Part shown: one piece after another, positions 46,067 to 55,804 of the stretch
Position numbering within the stretch: position 1 is the stretch's first letter
Layout of the letters: each line of letters opens with the position of its first letter
Source: Dehalococcoidia bacterium
GTDB lineage: Bacteria > Chloroflexota > Dehalococcoidia > Bin125
Direction of reading: 5' to 3'
Assembly: GCA_963662615.2 (NCBI GenBank)
Contig: CAXXSR010000001.1
Location: 992,001-1,056,000, forward strand
Length of the DNA stretch: 64,000 nucleotides
Notes under the pieces: generated by a model
Seen by the model: only the letters and a program-made list of their open reading frames with translations
Database searches by the model: none
What the model was told of the DNA's origin: nothing
Translations under genes and position numbers: made by a program

Positions 46067-47389
46067 ATGCAACACCGCCCCCTTGCTCAACGACGCGCTG
46101 GGATCCCCCGGTTCGTCTGGGCTCGCGGGATCTACCTGGGTTGGTGGATCGCGGGCGCCATCACCCTGGTCTCCTTTGCCCGCGTGCCCTTCTTCAACCC
46201 CGTCCTGGGCATCTTCATTGGACCGCTGGAGGATGAGTTCGGCTGGAGCCGCGCGACCATCGGCGGGGCGCTCTCCGCGGGGACGCTGGCGGGCGCCGCC
46301 GCCGCGCCCTTCCTGGGCCGATACGTCGACCGCTACGGCGGCCGCTACTTCATGGTCGGCGGGATCATCCTCGTGGGCCTCCTGCTCATTCTCCTCTCGG
46401 TTGTCCAAGAGGTCTGGCAGTTCTACATCCTCTACGGCCTGGGCCGGGCTCTCGCGATCGTCGTCATTGACATGGCAATCCTGGTGACCATTGCCAATTG
46501 GTTCATCCGTCACCGTGGGCGCGCCCTTGGCCTGTCCATGGTCGGCATGCGCGGGGGCATGGCCGTGATCCCTCTCATCGTGCTGCTCTTCATCTCGCTG
46601 TTCGACTGGCGCGCGGCCTTCGCGGCCCTCGGTGTGCTGGCGATCGTGATCGCCGTCCTGCCCGCCTGGCTCGTCGTACGCCGGCGCCCGGAGGACGTCG
46701 GCCTCCGCCCCGACGGTGACCGCGCCACCACGCTCCGGGCGACGGAGGGTCGTGAGCCGTTCCCCGCCGCCGCCGATGACCCCCGCTGGACCGTCCGCGA
46801 GGCGATCCGCACCAGGCCGTTCTGGCTTCTGCTGTTCGGGACCGCGCAGCTCTTCATGGTCAGCGGCGCGGTCAACCTGAGCCTGGTGCCCCACCTGGAG
46901 GACAACGGCCTCTCGCGCACCACGGCCATCATCGTGATCAGCGTCTGGGCCGTCATGGGCGTCGTTGGCGGCATGCTCGGCGGCGAGGTCCGTCAGCGCG
47001 TCGCCATCCGCTACGCCCTGCCCGTCGTGCTCTGCTTCACCGCCAGCGCGGTCGTCTGGCTGATCTTCGTGGACCGGGCCTGGATGGCCTACCTCTTCGC
47101 CGTCTGGCACGGCCTCGCCTTCGGCGTGCAGCTACCGCTGCACCAGATCTCGTTTCCCGACTACTTCGGCCGCTGGTCGGTCGGCGCTATCCGCGGCGTC
47201 ACCGCGCCCGTGCAGTTTGGGTTCAACGCCGCCGGTCCCCTTCTCGTGGGCATCGTCTTCGACGCGCGCGGCTCCTATGACCTCATCTTCGCCATCTTCG
47301 TTGGCCTCCTCATGCTGGCCGCGGTGCTCATCTTCCTGGCCAAGCCGCCACGGCTGCCCGCGACCGACGAGCTCCAGGCCCCGGCCTGA
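46067..47389 (+). CDS. MFS transporter
   Basis: IYLGWWI, FGWSRA, GRYVDRYGGR, NWFIRHRGRALG, YFGR. Confidence 0.92.
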   Translation: MQHRPLAQRRAGIPRFVWARGIYLGWWIAGAITLVSFARVPFFNPVLGIFIGPLEDEFGWSRATIGGALSAGTLAGAAAAPFLGRYVDRYGGRYFMVGGIILVGLLLILLSVVQEVWQFYILYGLGRALAIVVIDMAILVTIANWFIRHRGRALGLSMVGMRGGMAVIPLIVLLFISLFDWRAAFAALGVLAIVIAVLPAWLVVRRRPEDVGLRPDGDRATTLRATEGREPFPAAADDPRWTVREAIRTRPFWLLLFGTAQLFMVSGAVNLSLVPHLEDNGLSRTTAIIVISVWAVMGVVGGMLGGEVRQRVAIRYALPVVLCFTASAVVWLIFVDRAWMAYLFAVWHGLAFGVQLPLHQISFPDYFGRWSVGAIRGVTAPVQFGFNAAGPLLVGIVFDARGSYDLIFAIFVGLLMLAAVLIFLAKPPRLPATDELQAPA

Positions 47390-47545
47390 GCCCGATCCGG
47401 CGACAAGCCCGCCCCGCCGTCGCCGAAGCATCCGCGGCTGTCTCACCGGTTGGCTGAATGGTGCAATTGACCCACCCGGAATGGGACGTTCGAACCTGGG
47501 CCACCTCGCTCTGCCCGCGCAAGCTGCGGTGCTGGAGGTGCCCTA

Positions 47546-47815
47546 ATGCTCGAATCCGGCTCGTTGATTTTCCTGACTGCGACAGGGCTCTTGCTCTTCG
47601 TGGGCTACGCCGCCATGTTTGCCGCTCCATCACGGACGCAGCACTCACCGCTCCGCCTCCGACTCGATCCTGTTTGCGGGCGGAAGATCGGCCTCTGGCA
47701 GGTTGCGGACACCGCGGATCACAACGGAGAGACCCTGTTTTTTTGCTCTGCGGTGTGCTCCGCCGAGTTCGCTGCCGACCAAGTCCACGAAGCTCCCGCC
47801 CGGGTCGGGGCGTGA
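47546..47815 (+). CDS. Membrane-anchored YHS/TRASH domain protein
   Basis: N-terminal TM; DPVCG...FFCSAVCSAEF; GGAGG RBS. Confidence 0.75.
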   Translation: MLESGSLIFLTATGLLLFVGYAAMFAAPSRTQHSPLRLRLDPVCGRKIGLWQVADTADHNGETLFFCSAVCSAEFAADQVHEAPARVGA

Positions 47816-47854
47816 CGCTCCACGAGGTGCGCTGGAGCGGAAGGGAGATGACCC

Positions 47855-48562
47855 ATGCGCTTTTGTCCACAGTGTGAAACGACGAACCACGACACGGCGA
47901 CCGGCTGCCGCCGCTGCGGTCGAGCGCTGACCTCGGGCGACTACGTCTCTGAGCTGCTGCCGGCAGCGGAGCGTGAACGGGAACGGCGACGGGGGCATGC
48001 CGCGACGACGACGGCGGTGCGGGAAGGGGAGCCTGGAACAGGCGCACCTCTCGGCTCCGTGGAACCGAGAATGGAGCAAGCACACGCGGCGCCCGGCATT
48101 GCCCGACGCTCACGGGGACCCGGCTCCGCCCATCGCCGGGCGGCCATGCCGAAGGCTGTCCCCCTGCTCCTCCTTCTTGGTGGTGCCGCCGCGCTCCTGG
48201 TCGTCGTCGGGTCACTGGGACCGTGGGCGCAAGTCTTTGGCTTCGCGGTCAACGGCACATCGGCCGACGGCGTCCTCACCCTGATCGGCGCCATTGCAGC
48301 GGGCGTTCTGCTGCTGGTCGCCGTGCGCCGGCCGAGCCGCCGCATGCCCTTCCTCGTGGTCGCTGCGCTCTTTCTTGCCGGGTCCGGCCTTGTGGGACTC
48401 ATCGACTGGGTCCACGTCGAGACGCGGCCGGAGATCCACAACGAACTTGGCGATTTCGACCCGACCGTCGCTTGGGGGCTGGTGATGACGACCTTGGCGG
48501 GCTGGGCGGGAGCCGCTTTCCTGGCGCTGCAGTTGGCAGCCGACGCGAGTCGCGGCCGCTGA
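47855..48562 (+). CDS. Zinc-ribbon membrane protein (4 TM)
   Basis: CPQC..N...GCRRCG at the N-terminus; GSLGPW and four hydrophobic helices. Confidence 0.7.
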   Translation: MRFCPQCETTNHDTATGCRRCGRALTSGDYVSELLPAAERERERRRGHAATTTAVREGEPGTGAPLGSVEPRMEQAHAAPGIARRSRGPGSAHRRAAMPKAVPLLLLLGGAAALLVVVGSLGPWAQVFGFAVNGTSADGVLTLIGAIAAGVLLLVAVRRPSRRMPFLVVAALFLAGSGLVGLIDWVHVETRPEIHNELGDFDPTVAWGLVMTTLAGWAGAAFLALQLAADASRGR

Positions 48563-48697
48563 GCGCGCCCGCGCAGCCGCTGCGCTGGTACGGCCGGCCC
48601 GGGAGCGAGCGGATCCTGCCCTAGCGACGGCAGGCAGGCCGCCCGCCCCGTCACGGATCCTGGCGGGCGGAGTCTATGGTCGGGGACGAGGCTAACT

Positions 48698-49594
48698 ATG
48701 GCCGAGCAAGGAAGCTCCGCAGCGCCCGGCGGTCGCCTGCCCGCGGGGAACCGCGACGCTGCCGATCCAGAGCTCGATCAAGCCATCGAAACCCTTACCG
48801 GGCGCCTCCAGGCTCTCATGGTGGAGGTCGCCGCCCTCTGGGATCAGCTCCAGGGCCACATCAAGAGCCGGCGGGACCCCTCCGCGACACGAGCTGGATC
48901 CCCAGCCGCGCAAGCGCGAGTCGCGGAGGGCTACGGCTGGCCGCAGCTTCGTCATCACCGCTCCCAGGCCGCAGCGAGCGTGGGCACGGCCCCCACCGCC
49001 AGGACCAAGGAAATTGCAGCGGTCCTGCGCGATCGCGAGCGCTTGGCCGGTCGCCGCTGGTGGGACTGGCCATATCCGCGATGGGCGCCCATATCCGTCC
49101 TGGCGATCGCCGCGATCTTGTTTGGCATTGTCTTCTCCCTCTCTGGTGATGGCGCGACCCCCTCCTCTGGCCTCAGCGAGCCGCTCGTGGGAGTGCCGGG
49201 GCTCAGTGCGATTGACTCTCCCGCCGACGAAATCACGCTCCTGCCGGCAGCGCCCGCGAGCGCCGCGCCGGTGCTTAGCGCTGGAGCGTTCGCGATCGGC
49301 GCGGCACCTCTATCTCCTGACACGACATCTCCTGACACGACGTCTCCTGACACGAAGGAGACCGCCGTCACCTACCTGCCAACCGCCGCTCTGACCTCTC
49401 AGCCCAGCGTCACCACCTGGCGCGTACAGCAAGGGGACAAGTTGTCGGTGATCGCGCTGCAGTTCGGCACGTCCGTCGAGACGTTGGTCGCCCTGAACGG
49501 CTTGGCCAATCCCGACTTCATCCGCTTGGGGCAGGAGCTGCTGATTCCTGTCGCAACCGTCACGCAATCGGCCGGGAGCGAAGACAGCCCCTAG
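48698..49594 (+). CDS. Single-TM protein with C-terminal LysM domain
   Basis: WRVQQGDKLSVIALQFGTSVETLVALNGLANPDFIRLGQELLIP; SPDTT repeats at 49313-49355. Confidence 0.85.
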   Translation: MAEQGSSAAPGGRLPAGNRDAADPELDQAIETLTGRLQALMVEVAALWDQLQGHIKSRRDPSATRAGSPAAQARVAEGYGWPQLRHHRSQAAASVGTAPTARTKEIAAVLRDRERLAGRRWWDWPYPRWAPISVLAIAAILFGIVFSLSGDGATPSSGLSEPLVGVPGLSAIDSPADEITLLPAAPASAAPVLSAGAFAIGAAPLSPDTTSPDTTSPDTKETAVTYLPTAALTSQPSVTTWRVQQGDKLSVIALQFGTSVETLVALNGLANPDFIRLGQELLIPVATVTQSAGSEDSP

Positions 49595-49711
49595 TTCCGT
49601 GGGCGCTCCTGGGACGACCACCTAGACGTTGTGGGCACCGGCCGATTTGCGCCGCCGGCCGCTCTCCCGCCCCCTTCGATGAAGGCCCGACCATGTGATA
49701 GCGTGGTGGCC

Positions 49712-50032
49712 ATGCCGGGCCCCTTCTTTGCTGGTGTTGCGCGTCGGCACTTCCTTATCACAGGCCTCATCATGGCGCTCATCGCCGTCATCGCTGCCGG
49801 GACTCTCGCGCTCTGGTCCCCCTCGCCGGCGAGTGCGGCCGGCGACGCGCAGACTCCCGCCGACGAACAGCTCCTTCCCATGGCCGCCCCAGACGAGGGC
49901 GGCGCCGGTACCGACCAAGCCGGCGCCTCCGAGTGGATCCCGTTCGCCGTCATGCTCGGTCCCTTCCTGGTCCTCATTGTCCCCTTGCTCTGGCTCATCT
50001 TCCGCATTGACCGCTCGGAGGGCCGCGAGTAG
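49712..50032 (+). CDS. Small hypothetical membrane protein (start uncertain)
   Basis: Signal/TM helix, acidic linker, C-terminal TM. Confidence 0.55.
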   Translation: MPGPFFAGVARRHFLITGLIMALIAVIAAGTLALWSPSPASAAGDAQTPADEQLLPMAAPDEGGAGTDQAGASEWIPFAVMLGPFLVLIVPLLWLIFRIDRSEGRE

Positions 50033-50039
50033 CGGCGCC

Positions 50040-50540
50040 ATGGCGGATGTGGGGGCCGACGAGCGGGCGCAGGCCCTCGTCGCCTTGCTCACGGAGCGGG
50101 GCCTCACCCTGGCGGTGGCCGAGACCGACACGGGCGGGCTCATTGGCAGTCTGATCACGGACGTGCCCGGCTGCAGCGCCGTCTTCTTGGGCGGCGTCAC
50201 GCCCTACCCCAATGAGGCCAAGGCCCGCCTGCTTGCTATTCCCCGCGACCTGATCGCGGAGCACGGATCGGTCAGCAGGGAGGTCGCCATCGCCATGGCG
50301 GCGGGCATCCGCCGCGCCCTCCACGCGGACATCGCCGTGGCCGAGACCGGCGTCGCCGGCCCTACCGGCGGCAGCGACGACCGCCCCGTGGGCACGGTCT
50401 GGCTGGCCTGTGTTGGTCCGGACGACCACGTGATCGCCGAACGGCACGTTTGGGACCGCGACCGGGAGGGCAACAAACGGTTGACCGCGGAGCGGGCGCT
50501 GGAACTGATCGGCGAGGCCGCTGAACGAGGCGGCGCCTAG
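50040..50540 (+). CDS. CinA C-terminal / PncC (NMN deamidase) family protein
   Basis: TLAVAETDTGGLI, PGCSAVFLGG, HGSVS, TGVAGPTGG, PVGTVW. Confidence 0.88.
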   Translation: MADVGADERAQALVALLTERGLTLAVAETDTGGLIGSLITDVPGCSAVFLGGVTPYPNEAKARLLAIPRDLIAEHGSVSREVAIAMAAGIRRALHADIAVAETGVAGPTGGSDDRPVGTVWLACVGPDDHVIAERHVWDRDREGNKRLTAERALELIGEAAERGGA

Positions 50541-51241
50541 GGTCCGGTCTCGTCGCGGGCGCGGCGCCGCTCGCGCAGCCGGTCCGCCGCTCGCCAGCCC
50601 AGCGGCACCACCGCCGCCGCCGCCAGCAGCTTCAGCATGTCGCCGGGAATGAAGGGCCACAGCCCCGTATCCCAAACGTCCAGCGCAAAGGGGCTGTTGC
50701 CGATCCAGAGGTCGTAGACGGGCAGCCCCACCACGTAGATCAGGACGTTGCCCAAGAGCATCGCCCAGATCAGCCCCTGACCACGGCCACAGCCCCGCTC
50801 GGCGAACCATCCCACCGCGTAGGCAGCCACCACGAACCCCCAGAGGTAGCCTGCCGTGGCGCCCGTGTACAGTGCGGTGAACCCGGAGCCGCCACCGGCG
50901 AAGAACGGCGCCCCAGCCCACCCCCACATGAGGTAGAGGAAGAGGCCGCCCAGTGCCCGCCGGCTTCCCAGCGTCGCCCCGATCAGCAGCACGCCGAAGG
51001 TCTGACCGGTGATGGGAACGGGGTTGCCGTCGCGCGCGTTGGAAAAGGGGACGTCGAACGACGCCTGGGCACAGGCGGCCAGCAGCAGGCTCGCCGCCAC
51101 CATCAGGAAGACGTCCCGAGCCAGCACGTTGCGGAACGGCCCCAGGGCCGGGAAGCGGTCGGCCAGCACCGCTTGCCTGGGGGGAATGGCGTCGGCCAGG
51201 CGCGGCAGAGCGCGCGCCGGTGTGATCACTGACACGAACAA
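50537..51241 (-). CDS. bioY: Biotin transporter BioY
   Basis: PVPITGQTFGVLL, GAPFFAGG, TAGYLWGF, PFIPGDMLK. Confidence 0.92.
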   Translation of the reverse strand: MFVSVITPARALPRLADAIPPRQAVLADRFPALGPFRNVLARDVFLMVAASLLLAACAQASFDVPFSNARDGNPVPITGQTFGVLLIGATLGSRRALGGLFLYLMWGWAGAPFFAGGGSGFTALYTGATAGYLWGFVVAAYAVGWFAERGCGRGQGLIWAMLLGNVLIYVVGLPVYDLWIGNSPFALDVWDTGLWPFIPGDMLKLLAAAAVVPLGWRAADRLRERRRARDETGP

Positions 51242-51501
51242 TCTCCTCCCGCGTCCGCCGTCCAGTGTGGGGACGCCTCGGCGCAGTATATGCAGGTGCG
51301 GCGTCCGCGCAATCGCCCCCGCCGCCGGAGCCTGGGCCCGCGTAGGGCGGCGCGCCCATGGAAAGCGCCCTCCGCGACCGCCGGCACGATATGATGCACC
51401 CGCGGAGGTTTCACCATGGCCGGCTCGGATCCCCTCGTTCGCGACGGCCTCACTGGCGCCGCTCGCGCCCGTGGCGGCCCGCCCGACGCGAGGGCTGGGC
51501 C

Positions 51502-52956
51502 ATGACCGCCAAGACCGACGTCGTTCGCGATCTCGAAAAAGCGATCGGCGCCCAGGCGGTCGTCTGGGTGCCGGAGGACCTCCTGGTCTACGAATACGAC
51601 GCCACCATCGACCGGGGCAGCCCGCAGGCCATCGCCTTCCCCACGACCACGGAGGAAGTGGTGGAGATCCTTCACATCGCCCGCCGCCACGGCCTGCCCG
51701 TGACTCCTCGTGGCGCCGGCACAGGGCTCAGTGGCGGGGCGCTTGCGGTCAAGGGAGGCGTCGTCATCGGCTTGAACCGGATGCGCCACATTCTCGAGAT
51801 GGACGCGGACAATCGCACCGCGCTGGTCCAGCCGGGCGTCGTCAACCTGGATCTCGGCGTCGCCGCCGCGCCCTACGGCCTCGCCTACGCGCCCGACCCC
51901 AGCAGCCAGCGCGCCTGCACCATTGGCGGCAACGTGGCCGAAAACTCCGGCGGGCCCCACACCCTCGCCCACGGCACCACCAGCAACCACGTCCTGGGAC
52001 TGGAGCTGGTCACCGCCGACGGCTCGATCCACTGGCTGGGCGGCCCCACCCGCGAGGCTCCCGGGTACGACCTGGTCGGCTGCGTCGTCGGCAGCGAGGG
52101 CACCGTCGGCATCGTCACCAAGGTCCTCGTCCGGCTCATCCCGCAGCCGGCGTCCGTCAGGACCTTCCTTGGCATCTACGACTCCGTCCGCCAGGCCAGC
52201 AGGGCGGTCGGCGCCGTCGTCAAGGCGGGCATCGTTCCGGCCGCGCTGGAGATGATCGACAAGATGACCATCGCCGCCGTGGAGCCGGTCCTCCACAGCG
52301 GCTTTCCCCTCGATGCGGAGGCGGTGCTCATTGTCGAGGTCGACGGTTCGGAGCCACAGGTCGAGGCGGAGAGCGCCATCGTCGAGCGCATCCTCCAGGA
52401 GTTCGAGCCGCGCGAGATCCGCACCGCCACCGAGCTTGGCGCCCGGGAGAAGCTCTGGGCCGGCCGCAAGGGCGCCATCGGTGCGCTGGGCCAGATTCTG
52501 CCCAACTACTACCTCCTCGACGGCGTCGTCCCGCGCACGCGCCTGCCCGATGTGTTGGACGAGGTCTACCGCATCGCCGAGCGCTACGACATGCCGGTCG
52601 CCAACATGTTCCACGCCGGCGACGGCAACCTGCACCCCTGCCTGCTCTTCGACGAGCGCATCCCCGGCACCACGGAGCGTGTCCTGGACGCGGGCGGAGA
52701 GATCATGCGCGTCTGCGTGGACGCCGGCGGCGCCATCACCGGCGAACACGGGATCGGCTATGAGAAGCGATCCTACTTGCGCTGGATCTTCAACGACGAC
52801 GACATCGCCGCCATGCGCGACATGCGCGACGCCTTCGGCGCCGACGATGACTTCAATCCTTGCAAGATCTTCCCTACCGGCCACGGCTGCGGCGAGGCGC
52901 ACGGCAGCAACGCGCAGAAGCAGATCGCCAAGTTTGGCAAGGATGCCTATGTCTAG
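51502..52956 (+). CDS. glcD: Glycolate oxidase FAD subunit
   Basis: RGAGTGLSGG, YAPDPSSQRACTIGGNVAENSGG, GSEGT, FHAGDGNLHP, GEHGIG. Confidence 0.9.
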   Translation: MTAKTDVVRDLEKAIGAQAVVWVPEDLLVYEYDATIDRGSPQAIAFPTTTEEVVEILHIARRHGLPVTPRGAGTGLSGGALAVKGGVVIGLNRMRHILEMDADNRTALVQPGVVNLDLGVAAAPYGLAYAPDPSSQRACTIGGNVAENSGGPHTLAHGTTSNHVLGLELVTADGSIHWLGGPTREAPGYDLVGCVVGSEGTVGIVTKVLVRLIPQPASVRTFLGIYDSVRQASRAVGAVVKAGIVPAALEMIDKMTIAAVEPVLHSGFPLDAEAVLIVEVDGSEPQVEAESAIVERILQEFEPREIRTATELGAREKLWAGRKGAIGALGQILPNYYLLDGVVPRTRLPDVLDEVYRIAERYDMPVANMFHAGDGNLHPCLLFDERIPGTTERVLDAGGEIMRVCVDAGGAITGEHGIGYEKRSYLRWIFNDDDIAAMRDMRDAFGADDDFNPCKIFPTGHGCGEAHGSNAQKQIAKFGKDAYV

Positions 52957-52985
52957 CCGCGGCGCCCCAGTGATGGGGACGCTCG

Positions 52986-54368
52986 GTGCCTGACTCGGCC
53001 CCGAGCCCCTCCACCGCGTCCCCCGGCGCCCTGCCGCGTCCCCCGCGCCCCATCGACGCCGCGCCGTTTATCGCCGCCGCCGGGGCCGCCGCCGTCGACG
53101 CGCCCGGCACCGCGGCCGACACCGCGGCCTTCGCCATCGACGGCGTCGCGCCCGCCCTGGCCGTCCGCCCCCCCGATGTCGATACGCTCGCCGCCACCCT
53201 CCGCACGGCGACGGAGCAACGCCTTGCGGTCGTCATCCAAGGTGGACGCACCGCCGTCGGCATCGGCAATCCCCCCACGCGCTACGACGTTGCACTCGAC
53301 ACGCGCTCCCTCGACGCCGTCGTCGCCTACGAGCCCGACGACTTCACCGTGACCGTGCAAGCGGGCATGGTCTTCGCCGACCTTCAGCGCACTCTGGCGG
53401 AGCGGGGACAGTTCCTCCCCCTGGACCCGCCGCACCCCGCCGGGGCGACCGTGGGCGGCGTGATCGCGCTGGGCCGCGGCGGCGTCCGCCAGGGCGCCTT
53501 TGGCACCGTCCGCGACTGGCTCATCGGCTGCGCCCTGGTCCGCGCCGACGGCGTTCGTCTCAAGGGCGGCGGGCGCGTGGTCAAGAACGTGAGCGGCTAC
53601 GACTTCCCCAAGCTCTTCGCGGGCTCCTTCGGCACCCTCGGCTGCATCGTTGAAGCGACGTTCAAGCTGCGCCCCCAGCCGCCCGTCGACGAGACGCTCG
53701 TGCTCGCCGCTGCCGACTGGGACACCGCCCTGGCCGCGGCCCGGCGCCTCGCCCACGAGGTCAACGGCCTCCAGGGCGCCGTCGCCCTCGACGCGGCCAC
53801 GGCGCGCCTCGTGGGCCTGCCCGGCCCTTCCACGATCGTGCGCACGGCGGGCATGGAGCCGGCGGTCGCGGCGACGCTCGACGCGGTCCGCGGCAACACG
53901 GCTGACAACGCTGCCGGCGACACGGCTGACAAAGCGGCCGGCCATGTGACGGTCGAGGCGACCGCGGACGCTCCCGCGCTCTGGCAACGGATCGCCGACC
54001 TGGAGGGAGGGCCGCAGGCGGACGGCGGCGTGCTGCTGCGCTGTGGCGTCCCGTCGCGACCGCTGCCGGAGGCGGCCGCCACCATCGCCGCCGCTGCCCC
54101 GGGCGCTCGGCTCTGGAGCTACGCCGATGGCGCGCTGCTGTTCGCCGAGCTGCCACCCGCCGCCGCCGACGCGCCGCGCATCGTCCGCCTTCGTGAGCAG
54201 ATCGAGGCGCTGGGCGGCGCCCTCACCGTCGACGTCGCAGCGCCCGCTCTGAAAGCGTCCCTGGACGTCTGGGGCGCGCCGGGCGGGGTTGTGATCATGC
54301 GCGGCCTCAAAGAGCGCTTCGACCCGGAGGCGACCCTGAGCCCGGGGCGCTTCGTGGCGGAGATCTGA
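52986..54368 (+). CDS. glcE: Glycolate oxidase subunit GlcE
   Basis: YEPDDFTVTVQAG, ATVGG, GGRVVKNVSGYD, GSFGTLG, LKERFDP..LSPGRF. Confidence 0.88.
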   Translation: MPDSAPSPSTASPGALPRPPRPIDAAPFIAAAGAAAVDAPGTAADTAAFAIDGVAPALAVRPPDVDTLAATLRTATEQRLAVVIQGGRTAVGIGNPPTRYDVALDTRSLDAVVAYEPDDFTVTVQAGMVFADLQRTLAERGQFLPLDPPHPAGATVGGVIALGRGGVRQGAFGTVRDWLIGCALVRADGVRLKGGGRVVKNVSGYDFPKLFAGSFGTLGCIVEATFKLRPQPPVDETLVLAAADWDTALAAARRLAHEVNGLQGAVALDAATARLVGLPGPSTIVRTAGMEPAVAATLDAVRGNTADNAAGDTADKAAGHVTVEATADAPALWQRIADLEGGPQADGGVLLRCGVPSRPLPEAAATIAAAAPGARLWSYADGALLFAELPPAAADAPRIVRLREQIEALGGALTVDVAAPALKASLDVWGAPGGVVIMRGLKERFDPEATLSPGRFVAEI

Positions 54369-54371
54369 CGC

Positions 54372-55736
54372 ATGAGTGTGCAGAGCCCTGAGGCCATCAG
54401 CCGTTTTCTCGGCGCCGACAAGCCCGACAGTGCCGAGCTGGGCCTCTGCGTCCACTGCGGCATGTGCCTAAACGCCTGCCCCACCTACCTCGTCCTGGGC
54501 GTGGAGACCGACTCGCCCCGGGGACGGCTCCAGCTCATGCGCGCCGCCGACGAGGGCCGCGTCGATCTGACGCCGCGGGTCCTCGCCCACTTCGACCAGT
54601 GCCTGCAGTGCCGCGCCTGCGAGACTGCCTGCCCCTCCGGCGTTCCCTACGGCCGGATCATGGAGGGCGCCCGCGCCGACATCTTCCAGCAGAAAGGGCA
54701 AGGCCGGCGGGCGCGCCTGCTCTGGAACGTCATCATGCGCGGCATCTTCCCCCACCCCCGCCGCCTGCGACTGCTGGGGCTCTCCTTGCGCGCCTACCAG
54801 CGCTTGGGCCTGCAGTGGCTGGTCCGTCGTAGCGGCCTGCTCCGCCTTCTCCCCTCCCGTCTCGCCGAGATTGAAGCGCTCACGCCAGACGCCACCAACC
54901 CCTTCTTTCTGCCCCGCGACGTGGAGCGCTACGCCCCGGCGGCAGAGCCCACGGCCCGCGCGGCCATGCTAACGGGCTGCGTCATGCCGCTGATCTTCGG
55001 CGCCACGCATCACGCCACCGCGCGGGTGCTCAGCCGCAACGGTGTGCGCGCGCTGGCCACGCCCGATCAGATCTGCTGCGGCGCCCTGCACGCCCACAGC
55101 GGCGACCTCCGCACCGCCCGCGAGCTGGCACGGAAGAACGTCGATGTCTTCCTCGCCGACGATCCCGACGCCATCGTCGTCAATTCGGCGGGCTGCGGCT
55201 CCCACATGAAGGAGTACGCGCACCTGCTCCGGGACGACGACGCCTACGCGGACAAGGGCAAGCGCTTCGCCGCGCTGGTGCGCGACGTCCATGAGTACCT
55301 CGTGGAGATCGGCATCGACGCGCCCGCCGGCGTGCTGGATCGCGCCGTGACCTACCAGGACTCCTGTCACCTCGTCCACGCGCAGAAGGTCACGGACGCG
55401 CCCCGCACGGTGCTGCGCGCCATCCCCGGCCTGGAACTGCGCGAGATGCTCCACCCGGATCGCTGCTGCGGCAGCGCCGGCATCTACTCCGTCGTCCAGT
55501 CCAAGCTGTCGCGCGCGATCCTCAAGGAGAAGATGGACGAGATCAACGCCACCGGCGCCGAACAGGTCTGCACCGCCAACCCTGGCTGCATGGTCCAGCT
55601 CGACAACGGCCTGCGCCTCTTCGGCAAGGGTGGCCGCTCCGTCCACGTCGTCGACCTGCTCGACGAGAGCTACCGCCTCGCCGAGGGCGACGCCTACGCG
55701 GACCGTCCTGTGAGTCACGTTCCGTTCGCGGAATGA
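54372..55736 (+). CDS. glcF: Glycolate oxidase iron-sulfur subunit
   Basis: CVHCGMCLNACPTY, CLQCRACETACPSGV, CCGA, YQDSCHL, CCGSAGIY, NPGC. Confidence 0.92.
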   Translation: MSVQSPEAISRFLGADKPDSAELGLCVHCGMCLNACPTYLVLGVETDSPRGRLQLMRAADEGRVDLTPRVLAHFDQCLQCRACETACPSGVPYGRIMEGARADIFQQKGQGRRARLLWNVIMRGIFPHPRRLRLLGLSLRAYQRLGLQWLVRRSGLLRLLPSRLAEIEALTPDATNPFFLPRDVERYAPAAEPTARAAMLTGCVMPLIFGATHHATARVLSRNGVRALATPDQICCGALHAHSGDLRTARELARKNVDVFLADDPDAIVVNSAGCGSHMKEYAHLLRDDDAYADKGKRFAALVRDVHEYLVEIGIDAPAGVLDRAVTYQDSCHLVHAQKVTDAPRTVLRAIPGLELREMLHPDRCCGSAGIYSVVQSKLSRAILKEKMDEINATGAEQVCTANPGCMVQLDNGLRLFGKGGRSVHVVDLLDESYRLAEGDAYADRPVSHVPFAE

Positions 55737-55804
55737 CCAGCCGGTCTGAAATGTCGAATAGGCGCTTGACGAGCGCGATCGAATTCACAATCCCTTCGTG
55801 ACAG

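Noticed and set aside
52949-52993. Short ORF MSSRGAPVMGTLGA bridging glcD and glcE, or a frameshifted glcE start
   Set aside because: Too short to support; glcE is complete from GTG 52986.
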